DNA from: Tubiluchus corallicola
Lineage: Eukaryota; Animalia; Priapulida
DNA length: 64,000 nucleotides
Assembly (NCBI GenBank): GCA_030141605.1
Contig: JAQGDQ010000078.1
Coordinates: forward strand, 186,001 to 250,000
Direction of reading: 5' to 3'
In this document: piece after piece, positions 22,781-36,821 of the stretch
Layout of the letters: every line of letters begins with the position of its first letter
How positions within the stretch are numbered: position 1 is the stretch's first letter
Position numbers and translations under genes: made by a program
Notes under the pieces: model-generated
What the model was told of the DNA's origin: nothing
Seen by the model: the letters and a program-made list of their open reading frames with translations, nothing else
Databases searched by the model: none

Positions 22781-23149
22781 AGTAACTATAGTAACTATAG
22801 ACACAATATGGCCGAAAAACACGGTAACTCTTCCAGTTACTAATCAGATTTGGCGCTGCTTGGCCAAGCACACACCTTGACCATTGTAGTTATGTCTTGC
22901 AATTACCACTGCAGTTCTGACAACAGCATGCATTTTCTGGTAAACGCCGTTAGAAATTGGGCAGCAATTCTCTAGTGTGGACGAAGCTTTAGTGCTACGC
23001 TTTGACAAACGCAATAAAATAAGGATAATATCATTAATACTATATTTTAAGTCTTCCGTTGAACACATCTTCGTCAATTGACAGACCTAGAGACACTAAA
23101 TTATAGTGTTGATGATTTATTACGCTAATTTACTATTAGGTAGGTAGAT

Positions 23150-23290
23150 TAGACAGATAGGTGGATGGATGGATGGATGGATGGATGGATGGATGGATGG
23201 ATGGATGGATGGATGGATGGATGGATGGATGGATGGATGGATGGATGGATGGATGGATAGATAGATAGACAGAAAGACAGACAGACACAG
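23150..23290. repeat. (GGAT)n tetranucleotide microsatellite grading into (AGAT)/(AGAC)
   Basis: Directly visible. Confidence 0.97.
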
Positions 23291-24297
23291 AAAGGCAGAC
23301 AGCATATTGTTACTGTTAAGTGAAAGAATAAGATTGAGAAAAAAGAAGAGAAAAATGTCTACAGCTAGCAATCAGTTTACTTTCTCGGCGGAAAATTTCG
23401 TATTGACAAACAAACAAACAAACAAATCGGCATCAAAAACTGTCTGATTTATCCAATACATGCTATATGCAAAACTAAAATTTCGCCTTCATTTTACAAC
23501 TGAACTTCACTGGCGTATGATGTTGTATTTCATGTTTTTTGCAACAGACAGGCTCAGATATGGTCCTCTTTGTAGTACGCCATTCGTTCAGAAAATATTG
23601 TTAGCAAACACATCACGGTGACACGATTTCTCCATAAAAATCATTTCAGCTTGAACTGCAATCGGGCTTCTCTCGACAGTAACTCGTTCTTTCACTCAAG
23701 AGAGCTATTATCGATGAAAAGTATTAACTCTCAACACTGCTAGCGTGTTTGACTGGATATGCTTTTACCGGCATCAACACTTTACGTGACCGTATATGAA
23801 CATCTACAGCAGGCATTGGAATTTGATTATTTGATCAGGAAGAATTTAAGTTGTGTGATGTTATTACTTTTTATCAAGGTCGATAAGGACTTTTGAATAC
23901 ATGAAATTCAGAAATTAGTCTTAAGGGATCACTTCAAGAGGAATTTTAATTTATTACGGGACAAAGCCTCCTATAAATTTTAATATTCCTAGCTATGATG
24001 TAATTACAAGAAAGATAACAGGATCCTTTATATATGGGCTGTCAGAACTACCTAGTGATATGACTGATATGTTAAGTTATATGAATGTCAAGGTATTGCT
24101 GACTGTTTTATTTTTTTGTATAATACTATGTACTTTTAAATGTATGAAATAAATTTAAAATAAATAAAAACATGCCATCAATGTTATGGAACAAAATAAA
24201 ATAACAATTCTAAAATGCAACATTAATAATATGCGTACGACATGACAACAGCTAACAACGTCACAGAGAGCAAAAATGGCAATCGGAAAAAATAATT

Positions 24298-24464
24298 ACG
24301 CATGAGATATCAACTATAACATGAGTACGCATAAGATATCAACTATAACATGAGTGCGCATAAGATATCACTATAACATGAGTACGCATAAGATATCACT
24401 ATAACATGAGTACGCATAAGATATCACTATAACATGAGTACGCATGAGATATTACTATAGCATG
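24298..24464. repeat. Minisatellite, ~6 x 28-29 bp (acgcataagatatcactataacatgagt)
   Basis: Head-to-tail near-identical units with no spacers. Confidence 0.95.
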
Positions 24465-26185
24465 TTGTAATACTTAGCTAATATTTACAATAATTAAACA
24501 CCATATCTCCAAAAATGGTCTATAATATTGTACTGTAGGCAAAATCCATTTATTTTCACTTCATCTCTACATTATAATGGTCGTGTCCATTGCGAAACCT
24601 GTGCATACTAGCTCCTATAGATAGCCTTGTATTTAGAAATTCCGTAATTCAGTAGCAACAAAGCCAGGTGTGGTTATGATTTCAGCACTTGTTCCATCGA
24701 CCAGTATGGGAGACGCGGGACGATGATAGTTTTAACTTTAATTTCTGCTTCGATTTTGTCTTCGCTTGGCCGTCGTCAGTCACTATCATGAATTATACAT
24801 CACTATGGTACAATAAGCAAAAATTTAATCCAGAAATACCATGTAATATTAATAAAGTGCATTGTTACAGCACTACATACACGGAAAACAGGTTTTAAGA
24901 ATCGTCTAATACGAGTGTACTAACAAAGCTTAAACATACAAAATAACAATTGTAACACGTAATATTAATAGTACGCATTAATTATGCTAATTAGGCCATA
25001 CGATTGCTTTAACAATCCTAAGCCCAAAGTAATACTCAAATTAAACCATAGCTCAAAATGAACAATGCGTATAAAATATTGAAAGGGCGACTAATTATGT
25101 TTCTAATTACTTACACAGATATAATAACAACTCAAAAATATCAATAAACCACATTAAGAACCACAGCAATAAAAGTCGGACAGACAAAGACAGTCTAGCC
25201 GTTGTAATCGCATATCATAAATGGAGTTCGTCCATTTTGTAATCAATATTTGGAATGTAATCAAAACGGCTTGATGCAAAATAGGTCATTGGGCAGACGT
25301 TATTTGTCAATTGGTCAATTATAGCTTAATCAATTGAAATTTAGATGTGTCATGCTTGTTTGACTGCAGTTAAAAAACTAACCTACATTTTTTGCCAATA
25401 AGAACGGTGCTTGGCAAAATAACACGATTGCACAATAATTTTTTTTGTTAACGAATGGAGCCGCTATAGGACGCTATGGTTCGACAATAATCGCGCGTGT
25501 GCCAGCCTTCCACTAAAATTGTAATCGTCTCCATTTTGCCAACAATTTTGAATTGGGACTAGATGCAATGAATTTTATCCAGTTGCTAATACCCAAAAGT
25601 ATTATTTAAAAAGCAACATGTTCGATTTTCTTCACGCATTTCTTCCAGATCTTTAAATGAAGGCTGTTGCTGCATTTTTGCTTTAGCCATTTGCAAAGAA
25701 TTAGGTTTATCAACTACATCAAGTAACTGATTCGCTGATGCTTAGCATCAGCTGGCGTAATGAAGGTTGCCATTACGAAGTGAAATGAAAATCTGCCTCA
25801 AGGAACACTGAATCTTCGTTGATTGCACAACAATACGCAGCCTTGTCATTCCCTTAATGCAGTTTGTCTGTTCGTTTCACAATTCGTGAATATGAAACGC
25901 CCATACTTGTAAAGTCGAGCATACAAACTTTATTTAGATTGACTAGACTGTTTCAATAGCCGTGTAGTCCTAGTGAAGCTTACCTAATTGCTCCTTTGAT
26001 TGCAACTTATACGACCGTCACTACCCCCCCCCTCTCACTGCATTAAGCCAAAAAGATTGTAATTCTGTGTTGTTATAGGCTTACTAGGATTCTATATGCA
26101 TTTGCTGAGAAACTAATTTCTGGCCAACTAGTTTCCGCGTTTCCATGTTTGATCACTCACACTAGAGTCATTCTAATTAATTACA

Positions 26186-26345
26186 TAACCAACTAACTAA
26201 AATTGTAACTAACTAACTAACCAATCAACCACCCAACCAACAACCAACCTACGAAGCAGCCAACCAGCCAGTCAACCAACCAACAAACCAAACCAACTAA
26301 CTAACTAACCAACCAACCTGCCAAACAACTAACCAACTAAAAACC
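26186..26345. repeat. Degenerate (AACC/AACT)n microsatellite
   Basis: Directly visible. Confidence 0.9.
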
Positions 26346-27028
26346 AATTAACTTTGTTCTGGAAAGCTGCTTTTCGAAAATGTAGTTTTCAAATGCAAAA
26401 TGTGCAGTTTTGTTCATTATAATGCAAGTTCTATATCATTATGATGTCATAGTGTAGAAATTCGGGGTTCATTTTGTCGTATTTGTGAGTTTCTACTGCA
26501 CTAATTCTTTTGGAACACCCTGTACCATACACGTTAACTGTGGTATGTTTGCATAAAAGCACACATACGTCAATGTAACTTGCATGTTTATGAGCTTGAG
26601 TGATGACCTGTCAACGGATTATTAAAGCTTCAGCTACAATATGGTGCAGCGCTAACCTCAATTCCCTCTTCCTTCAATAAGTCATTAGTCGGTAGGTTTT
26701 CATGCCATGTCTCTAATTCGTTCAGATAATACTTAAAGCTAGGTAAGGTAAGTGTTCCTTGTCAATTCAGAAACAACACTCTATTTTCTAAGGCGTAAAA
26801 CGTATTGAATGTACTTACGAAAAATGTCAATTATTGTGGCAAGATCTTCTGCGTAGCGCCGCAGAAAAACAAGTTATTCGGACTTTCTTGTCCAAGTCAA
26901 ACAAAAACATTATGACGGGTGGCGCAAAAAATTTACTGAAGTTCAGGTTGCAATAATATTAGAGGCAAGTGCCCTACAAACATGAAATTTCACAACCTGA
27001 TATTACAGTATATTAATTTTTGCACAAA

Positions 27029-27032
<4 letters not shown>

Positions 27033-27116
<84 letters not shown>

Positions 27117-27150
27117 GTATATACAATATATATACAATATGTATATATAT
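27033..27150. repeat. (TA)n microsatellite with a degenerate flank
   Basis: Directly visible. Confidence 0.97.
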
Positions 27151-27559
27151 ATTGTATTGCAGAACGAGCCAATACCTTTAATGCACTTTTTTTTATTTCG
27201 TTTGAAGTAAAAAAAAATGCTATATAAGAGTTAAAATTTACTCTTAAAAACCAAGAAACTATATACAGCATGCACTATTAAAAGAGATACATACAAAAAT
27301 ATAATAAAATTATATACATTATTTAAAATAACAAAGCATCAGTTAAAAATTACAAGTTTATAATTTAGTGCTTTTTAAGTTACGGCTAAAAAAACTTTTG
27401 CATGTTAAAAAATTAAAAGCTGGAACAATGCCAGCTGTAATCATCCACAGAAAAACAGCCGTGTTGACGAATAAAACAGTAAGGAAATCAATCAGTTTAC
27501 ACCACTGTCCTCACCACAAAAAATAAAGCACTGATAAAGTTTCGTTAAGTTATTTTTTC

Positions 27560-28082
27560 TTATAATATCGGTATCAGAACTTCTGCATATCTTCTGCGAC
27601 ACCTGTTATGCTAATACAATGCTCATATAAACGTAAAACCGCAGATGGAAATTGACGCTTTTCAAAGACGTCTCTATAAAAAATTGTCAGATATTTTAAT
27701 ATTATTAAAATATTATTATTTTAATATTATTATTATATTATTAATATTTAAAAATACAGAATATCCAATGATGATCTATATAATGCGTCGAAGAAGAATC
27801 CTTGGAGTAAACAAATCCAAGTAAGAAGATTGTATTGGATTTGGGATGCACTAAGACTACTCGAGATTCTCCTCTTCCTGTTGCATTACGTAAAACTCTT
27901 GAAACATTAAAACTGAGAGGGAGTCAGCTACTGATGTATGTAGATATCCTGCAAAAAGATTTAGCAAACACAACTCTAGATTTGATGCATCGTGGGCGGT
28001 GGTGGTGAACAGAAATACGTGGCATCGACAAGTGAGGCGTGCCGTGTTTTAGAACGTACAAACACCTAGATGATGATGATAA
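27560..28082 (+). mobile_element. RTE-clade LINE 3' end with a (GAT)n tail
   Basis: Translates ..DLYNASKKNPWSKQIQVRRLYWIWDALRL..YVDILQKDL.., matching RTE RR.L.W.GH..R-type C-termini; ends in gatgatgatgat. Confidence 0.6.
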
Positions 28083-29069
28083 TGTAAACGTAAAGAAAGC
28101 TACAGACAGTGTTTTGTGAGATACTGCTACACTGCTAAACTGGTGTTGAAAACGATCAAATCCAAACAGCATCTGCATTATATAGATCGGTCATCAGGTG
28201 GGAACGAAACAAAGAAAATAAAACTAATAACAAACTAATAACATAATTCTTTTTCTTCTCTGACATTTTGTAGAATTTATTAATCTCTATTACTCTGTTT
28301 TAGCTCGGAGCACTTTGAGTTTGCTTCTGCAGCCCCAGACGGAGCTAACAAATTTGCAGGGCATTTATTGTCTTCTGGATACAGCCCGCAATTTGCTTTC
28401 CGAGTCATTTTTCTAAACTCTGGTACCATGGGAAATTCTACTTATTTTATTCATTTATCTTCAAAGAAATCGATTGGTGATTTAACTGACTGACGTAAGA
28501 ATGGACAATTCCATCTGTTTAGATGAGTGATCAGTGAAGTAGACGAGTAACTATACCTCCCAAGTTAATCACTAATTGCTAGTAATTGGTAGGCTCTTCT
28601 ACTAGACTACTACTAATCGACTAAATTGCTGTAATCAATTAGACGTAGCATTTCAATTATGAATAGGGAGCAATTTACCACGTTTAATTCACTTTCACTT
28701 CTTCTCATTGGCACATTGGTTAAAAGCCGAGTTTTCAGCGTGCCGTACATTTACGTGTATAACCAGGGAATTAGGCCTGTTAGCAAAGCTAGGAGTTACT
28801 TTGGGTACACCTCGTGAGACTCTATTAGCTATTGTAGGTCCTGAGAAACGTTGGGATAATTAAAGTAGGTTGGTGTACGTAACGGCATAAAGACATTCTG
28901 ACATAATGAAAAATTCTGCTGCTGCGTGGCATTTGCAACGTGTCCAGTTATGATATAATAAGACTAACATTGCCCATTGCTCATTGTTCGTTAAATCTCT
29001 GCACGGTATAAAGCTCCTTTTCAAGTACTGTATTTGCTTTGGAATAAATTATTATAAACCTAAGAATGC

Positions 29070-29170
29070 TGTGAGGTGAGGTGAGGTGATGTGAGGTGAG
29101 GTGAGGTGAGGTGAGGTGAGGTGAGGTGAGGTGAGGTGTGGTGAAGTGAGATGTGATGTGATGTGAGGAG
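29070..29170. repeat. (GTGAG)n pentanucleotide microsatellite
   Basis: Directly visible. Confidence 0.95.
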
Positions 29171-29384
29171 GTAGGGTAATATAGAGAAGTAAAGTAAGCT
29201 AAGGTTAAGTTGGAATAGGATAGGTTTTTATGTTAGAAATCGATAAGAAACAGAATAACACAGAACGTCGCAGTAGCAATCTTCTTGTTGAAAATTGTAT
29301 TTCTCTGTCACAAATATTATAGTGATATTGCTACACTGTTCTTAGTGTATTTTTCAGCATTTTAAAACTCGTTTTAAGCATCAA

Positions 29385-29700
29385 GAACGAGCTACTGCAG
29401 AACGAGTGTAAAAGTGCATTAAGCTACTGCAAAGATATAGATAACTCCTATATAGATTTTGTAAACTAAAATAAACTTTGTATGAAACAAAAAAGTGCAT
29501 TAAGCTACTGCAGAACGAGTATAAATCTATAAATCTCCTATAAATCTATATAGGAGTTATCTATATCTCTACAAAACTAACAAACTTTGTCAGGCATACT
29601 ATTAAAAGAGTTGAATACAAAAAATATAATAAAAATATGTACAGAATTTGAAATAACAAGCCATCAGTTAAAAACTAGCGATTACTAAATCAATAAATCA
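29385..29700. repeat. Locally rearranged copy of a dispersed repeat (sister at ~27160-27350) with a perfect 27-bp inverted repeat
   Basis: 29433-29459 is the reverse complement of 29542-29568; aaaagtgcattaagctactgca occurs twice; the block actattaaaagag..catcagttaaaaa is shared with ~27275-27350. Confidence 0.8.
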
Positions 29701-30964
29701 GTATCGGTTTTGATTTCACATACTGCCAAAACTTCTTGAAATGATGATATACGATTTAGCTGTTGCTGATGCTAGCGTTGTGTTAAATGCTGATGCTGTT
29801 TCCCTTGATATAGCAAGAAAAGTAAGCAGTAGGCAGGTGTATATGCGTCAATGCTCAACTTTACCGTGTGACTTATTCTATTATTATTCTATTATTTAAC
29901 TTTATTGATTTTGACTAAACTTCGTGCAAATAGAGTACGCATACAGCTTGCGCTGCTAGGATTAAGGGCCGTGTCGACGAACTTATTGTGCCTGACAAAT
30001 TAATCGACGTGATTTAATTATGCAATCGAGTTAAAGCTGAAACAGTAATGTTCGTCTCTACATAATCTGTGGAAAATTAGCGACCATCGTGACGTCACCA
30101 ATATTGCTGAAGCCAAAGCGCCCAGTCATTATTACATTCTTTGTGTTCTTAAGTGCTCTTATTATTGTACAGAGAGACGCTGTTAGCTCTGTAGCAGCTG
30201 AGCTGTAATGGTACGTGTTTATGTAAAGTAATAATCTTCTGATGTGATTTGCAGTTGAGACGTTAGTGTTTTCGCGCGCATCCTCACAACTTGCGTAAAG
30301 CATTAGTCCAAAAAATGTTCATCCATTCAAACGTCACATTGGTATTGAATAGACCGTCAAAAGGCATGCTTCCGACTTTTATCGAGCCAGTTTCCAACAA
30401 AAATGCTAATAAAAGCTGCAAAGTACAAACGATTTTTGTCGGAAAAAAATCAGGCCCAACGAACCTCTATTTCACATTCGTACTTCAAAGGCGTGCTGGC
30501 GAAAGTTGAAACATTAATTGAGAAATCTCACTGCTCCAAGCCTTCAGATAGCCGATAAATGTTTGTAGTGTACGCCTACCATTTAACGTATTAGTTTTTT
30601 TAGATTACTTTAGGTAACACACAGTATAAACCTTTTATATGATAAATATTTATTTTACTTTATTTCATTTTATTTATTTTTTTATTTCAGCTCTTAAATG
30701 TCTACATAGTATTAAGCCATAAAATACATACAGATAGGAAAAGATAAAATAAAATAATTACTTGGGTAAAAACACCATTTGCAAGTCAAGAAAGATTAGA
30801 GAAAATATCTATTAAAAACAAAGCTACTTACATCAATCACGCATATATTAAAAATTAATATATAAATAACCTTTTTAAGGACGGCTTTAAATTCAAAATT
30901 TAATGTATGTATTTAATGTATGTATACATTAAAATAATACTATACATTATTACTGCATACACCA

Positions 30965-31075
30965 ATCCTACATCAAACAACCAGCCGTATCATTTTTCAA
31001 GTCTTTGGTATGATCGATTGTGGAATTAAACTCACAACCTCTCGCATAGAAGGCAAGCATGCTACTTTGGAGCTG
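30965..31075 (-). mobile_element. tRNA-headed SINE with a MetaSINE-like central domain
   Basis: Reverse complement has a B-box-like gtgagtttaattcc, then gatcataccaaagacttgaaaaatgatac..ctggttg, resembling the remembered Meta-domain consensus GGTCA.ACCAAAGACT.TAAAA.TGGTA. Confidence 0.6.
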
Positions 31076-34000
31076 TTCGTGCAGTACTTATGAACGATAT
31101 CTTTCTGCTCTTAATTGTGCAATAAACATGTCACGATTTCGCGTACTTTGTCTATACGTATTTATACTGCATGCCTCCTATTTTGTACTATATCCTTGCG
31201 GAATTCAATAATAAATCTTATATCTCGTTGCATATTGGTCGCAGATTCTGCTTTATTTTAAGCGTCGCAACGTGGTACCTTATATAAAGGTCTATAATTA
31301 TTTGTCAATGGGAATATTGTTGCATAGTTGTACAAGATGCGTAGGTTACTACCATGTCGATCAAGAAGATGCAGTTTCGAAAGCAACTGTGATCATTCTA
31401 CGATAAGTTTGCAAAATTGTCAACTTTAGTTAGTATCAAAATAATGTATATAAAACGAATGTGAATTAAGTTATTAAACAGTGGCTTAAAATTAAATTAA
31501 TTAAAAGGATTTCGACGATAAACTCATTGGATTCATAACTCACTCAAAACCCATGTGAAATGGAACGCATTGATAATAATAAAAACTTTAAAAACTTCAA
31601 CTTCAATTATTACATAATTAGCATATAAAATTTATTTATCTTTTAAATTACTAACTCTGTATGTATATTTACTCTAGCAATTTTTGTTTCATTTTAGTAC
31701 TTTGTTTGTATTTTTTATGGTCTTATTTACCGAAATGAAAATTTGAATTGAATTGAATCATAATTATGTTAAATGTCATACATATCAGTTATTTCCATTA
31801 TTAAAGTGCCGAACAGGTATATAAAATATGAGCAAAACGACAGATTAATATAGATTTGTAAAGCTCTGCATCTTGATTCAGTGTATGTTAGTTATTATGG
31901 TTTGTTCTTCCAAGGATCATTACATCGATTTTACGAAGTTTTAACACTAATTAAGTCACGTGACCTTTTCGCGTGAAGGGTTGATTCAAGTAGCTGCAAC
32001 AGCAGCCGTATAAACATTTTAATGATTTCCTTTTAGAAACCACTCAAGCTAAAACCATAACGCACTCTTTAATATTTATATGAATAATAAAATGTTAGCG
32101 TTTCATTTGATGTAAAGCCTTGTGATTACTGATTACGCTCTCTCCTACTGATCAATGAACAAGTGGTGTGGAAAGCTTTAGAGGATTAATGAGATATTAG
32201 GAGTCAAAACACTTTATGCTATCTTTTTTGTAATAACACACATAACAAATTAACAATGTAACAAAAATTAATATGAAATTATCATTTTGCAAAAGTGCAT
32301 AAATATCTTTTCGTATAAGAATGAGTTCAGATCTAAATCTGCCAGCATTACCGCTCTTATTACTGGATTATGCCTGGTCCTTGTGTGATTTACTCGTGTC
32401 TAAGACTGTAGGTTATTATGGTGTTGCGTAACTGACTGATGTGCACAGTGCTCGTAAGTAATTATCACTTGTCTAGGCCTGGCACCGTGCAGTTTAGTCG
32501 TGTGTGACTGAGCAGTTTACCCAAATATTCACATTTTGGTTCCCATCGTGGGTGGGTCCTCAAACAGTCCCAGCTTTTTTAACCACGTCGTTATGTGAAT
32601 CCTCACCGATGTGTCAACCCTGATTCGACGCCGAACAGAGTGATAAAAAAATCTGCTGCTCGCGGATAAAGATCACAATATCAGTGCAGTTACCGACCTA
32701 TGCAATTGTCTAAAAATAAAAAACGTAAATGAGTTTTAAAATTAAACAAATGGCAGTACAATGAGATCGTCAAAATGGTAATAGCTGCGTCTTACATTAA
32801 TGCTTACGGTATTACAGCTCGTCCAACTTTATTTCATATAAACATTTATTCGCTGCTCAAACAGTTGGTCTAGGCGCGCAAGTCAAATTCACCTTTACAC
32901 TGAACTTATATAACATTTTAGCTAGATGTACTTTGACACGTAACGAAAAACCCAGCAGATTTGTAAACATCGAGAGGTGAACTGGACTGTTATCAAAAAT
33001 CAACACTTCATACAAGGCATCACAGTCGTTGTGAAAACGCCAGGTTTAGAAGGAAGCTGGTCACTTTTTATCAGCGGAACTAACAGTTGAAACACGTGTA
33101 GCCTCCCTACTTGTAACTTCTGCATTGACACATACTTGATAAAGAAAATACTGTAAATATTAAGCAACCGTCTATTAAAACATTAAAGTAAGTACATGGT
33201 ACTTAGCTAATAGGTCGAATGCCAAGCGTGTCATTTGACTGTGATTTCGAACAGCTTCTTAACAGCTTCAATGAAAGGTTTTTAAAAACCGAAATTGGTG
33301 TGAACTAAGTTAGAGGAACTAGAGACCAAATTGCGAAACTTTAACGACGCATCCATTTTCTTTTCATCATAAGCCATAATCCTAATTGATAAATGTATGG
33401 GAGACCAATCGATGGACTATTTTGGTTGATTAATCAGTCATGCTGTCCTGGGATTAGAGTGTAACATAAGCCATTTACCAACCCACTGTTTAACATAACC
33501 CTGATTTGGTCCTGCCACATTTATTCAACATACCCCATTGTAGAAGACCTCTCCGCGTTGGGTGATAGATTCTGAATTGCAATATGCCGATTTAGAAAAG
33601 TAAAACGTATATATATATACACTATAGATAAGTAAAATGCTAAAGCAATTTTCAATTTTATGTTCCAAACATGCCTGACTTTGCCCACATACCGAGAAAT
33701 CTTGTTACAATGTTTAACAGCGTGTTATATCCTTGCAAAGCCACCTCTAAAAGGACTGGGACTTGGTAAATGAGAAAACATTAGACAAAGAATCAAAGCT
33801 TGTCTTCGCAATATTCTGAACGTGGACATTTCTACACCACGGCTAAGTCTCTAATCCACGAGGAATTGAAACAGCTTCTTTCTTATTCTCCGCTGGTGAC
33901 GCACCGATCTTTTCTATCAGATCAAAGTTCAGATAAAGATGTTTGCACAGACAGCGCGATGATTCTCAATGGTTGAATATCCTCCGGGCTTCTCTGTAAC

Positions 34001-34126
34001 TTTATTATCAACTTGAAAGCGTGTTCAGTGTGAAAAACTTTCATATCGCACAGCCATTTTTCTCTTAGCCATATATGCTATTCCTTTTGAGCAAAACTTG
34101 CGCTGTTCACTTTGACTGAAATGTCT

Positions 34127-34152
34127 ATGATGATAATGATGATGACGATGAC

Positions 34153-34245
<93 letters not shown>

Positions 34246-34288
34246 AATGATGATAATTATCGATGACGACGACGATGGTAATGATGAC

Positions 34289-34323
<35 letters not shown>

Positions 34324-34410
34324 CAACAACAACAACAACAGTAACAGCGGCAGCAGCAGCAACAACAACAACAGCAACAACGACGACAACGACACCAACT
34401 ACAGTAACAA
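34127..34410. repeat. Compound trinucleotide microsatellite (GAT)n-(GAC)-(AAT)n-(AAC/AGC)n
   Basis: Directly visible; explains the poly-H/M/I/L ORFs. Confidence 0.98.
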
Positions 34411-36039
34411 CCTCGAATTGCCTTTTTTGCCTCTCCATTTGTTCTACTTCTGAGCAAATTTCATGCCTATGAAGAATAGATAACTGACAACTAATTTGAA
34501 AGATGCAATTTCATTATAAAAATCCCAGTGCATAGAGACAACTATGACTGTATTAACGTAGTAAAATTAAAAATTATGCAATCCCCCAGCCCCCCCCCCC
34601 GCAAACATTCTCTACCAAATCGCAACGCTATGTACAAATTCCCAGCAGCAATTAAATTTTCAGATAATGATCAGCAGAGATGAAAGAGTTAAAGTACATT
34701 TGGCGGTAGATTTTATCGGACAGTTTACGATCGTTCATGCATCGACACTTAGGTTGTAAAACCTTCATTAAACCACGTGCTTATGTTTTACGATTTTAAT
34801 TATTGAATAATGGCTGTTCTCTGAGATATAAGGGAAAACTGTAAATTTACTAAACTGCGTAAGCAGTGACGAAATTTTTGACTTAAAAAAAAGTTAAATC
34901 GTTTCTGGTTAAATGCATTCACTGGACATCGAAATGGGAAAACAAAAAAATATGGAAAAAAATATGTAGAAGGGTGCTTTGGGTCGTTATCAAAAGTTCA
35001 GTTTCTTTATTAATCCAGACTACATTTAGCAGGTCATGTCCAAAAGCCCAAAGTATATAATTGGATCGATTATTTTGTTTTTTTACAATAGTCTTGTTCA
35101 TTCTTTCCACTTCAGACAAAATATAATTGTTTGTTTTGCTTTAGCATTAATTTTATAAGTGTATATTTCAACACTGGCGGGCTTATTATTATAAGTCTTG
35201 TCTCACAAACACAAAACGTTTTAGCCAAATTATGCATAAAGCTTGTTTTTTTATAATTTAGACAAGCTAAAAATCTAAAAACGCAGGCTTGAATAACTAA
35301 GAATGACACGTGGCATGACATGTTTAAGTTTATTTATTTTGTACTGCGTAAAATTGTGCTATGTAAATATGTGCTTGAACGCTGCATCGAAAGTTACATA
35401 ATTCTGATACCTAAGTGACGATTCAAAATAACTGAATAATACAAAATTTCACAAACAAAATTTAGAAAAGTTAAAGTATAAATATAGAGAAAAACTTATT
35501 CTAGCTGTTGCAAGATATTAATCGAGCTATTAGGAAGAAACAGTGCACTCCATATTTGACAGTATTATGAAGTTGTAAGCATCACAGTAAAATTTTACAT
35601 ATTGCAGTCGCAATTATGATAACAATAAAATTCAATTTGCTTACAGATTCTAAAATGTATTCAATTATATGCTTCCAATATGATTTTTTAGAGTCTGAAT
35701 TTTTCGAAAAGTAACAAAAGACTAACTTTGTTGCTACCAAAACCTGTAAACACATGGAAACTTCTCAAACTGAAACACCTGACAGTGTCGAATTTGTCTA
35801 CTAACGTTTGAGTGTTGGTGATTCTTGAAGTAATGGCTAAATGTAATGATTAGCTTCAGTTTAAATTTAGTTTACGTTTGATACACACCAAATAAAAAGT
35901 AAATTATATACATTAAAATATATACATACACACATACACATCATATAAACAACATGCAATACACATTAAAATATATATACGCATAAAAAGCAACGTAATA
36001 ATGAGGGGCGGTGTGGGGGAAATACAAAAAGCAAACGCC

Positions 36040-36420
36040 TCTTACCTGTGCCTACTAAGAACGTACTTAGATCGACAAAATCTAATCGCCGTTTAAAAAG
36101 GTTTGCATTTCGAACTTTTACAAATTGGGCATCATAACTATTTACAGTTTCTGGTAAGAAATTCCAAATCGGAACAACGCTATTAGAAAAAAAGTGAACA
36201 AATGCTTTTTACTAGATCCTTTGACATGTCGTCTAAGTGCGTTGTTACTTCTTGTCCGTCTAGACGTAGCTAATATAAAAAAAATCGTCTCTGTCTATAT
36301 CTATATGTCTTTATATATTTATGATTTGATAACAGAATACTAAATTTTCATGTATCTTTGTTTGTTAGATAACAATAACTGAAGCTGCATTTTGTTTAAT
36401 CTAAGATAAAAGCTGCAGGT
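36040..36420 (-). mobile_element. CR1/L2-group LINE 3' fragment
   Basis: Minus-strand HFFSNSVVPIWNFLPETVNS..FKRRLDFVDL matches the FF.NRV...WN.LP....FK..LD end of ORF2. Confidence 0.65.
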
Positions 36421-36821
36421 TAGTGTCTGTATAAGCATGAATAAACCCGTGTGATCGGTTTCGGTTAGTGGTCAGCTGATACGAATTTAAAGCTTTATAA
36501 TGCTTGTCAGACGTGTCAGACGTACCTGTTTCATACGCTGCACGCCTCCGGGCAAGTTAGTGGTTTCTATAGCATGTTCTACATCTGTCAACGTATTTCT
36601 GTGACATACTGTCGAAACATTCGTGTTTTTGCTGAAAATTTATATACAAAATTGGTTGCAAGCTTTGTCCTGAAGAATGACTACATCAGCCCTAATTTGG
36701 TAAAGACCAGTTCAGATTATAGTCGATATTGACGACATTTCCATATTAATGAATGTTTTAGCCAGCGTACAACATTAATATCTCTACAATTATTTATCCG
36801 TTTTAGAACCAGCACTGGCCC

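Noticed and set aside
24298-24464. CRISPR array (28-29 bp repeats)
   Set aside because: Units are contiguous with no spacers; it is a plain minisatellite.
34025-34472. Poly-His/Met/Ile/Leu ORFs here and at 55972-56592, 21293-21584, 23120-23371, 26982-27271 and 46855-47171
   Set aside because: Open frames produced by stop-free microsatellites; no splice or homology support.
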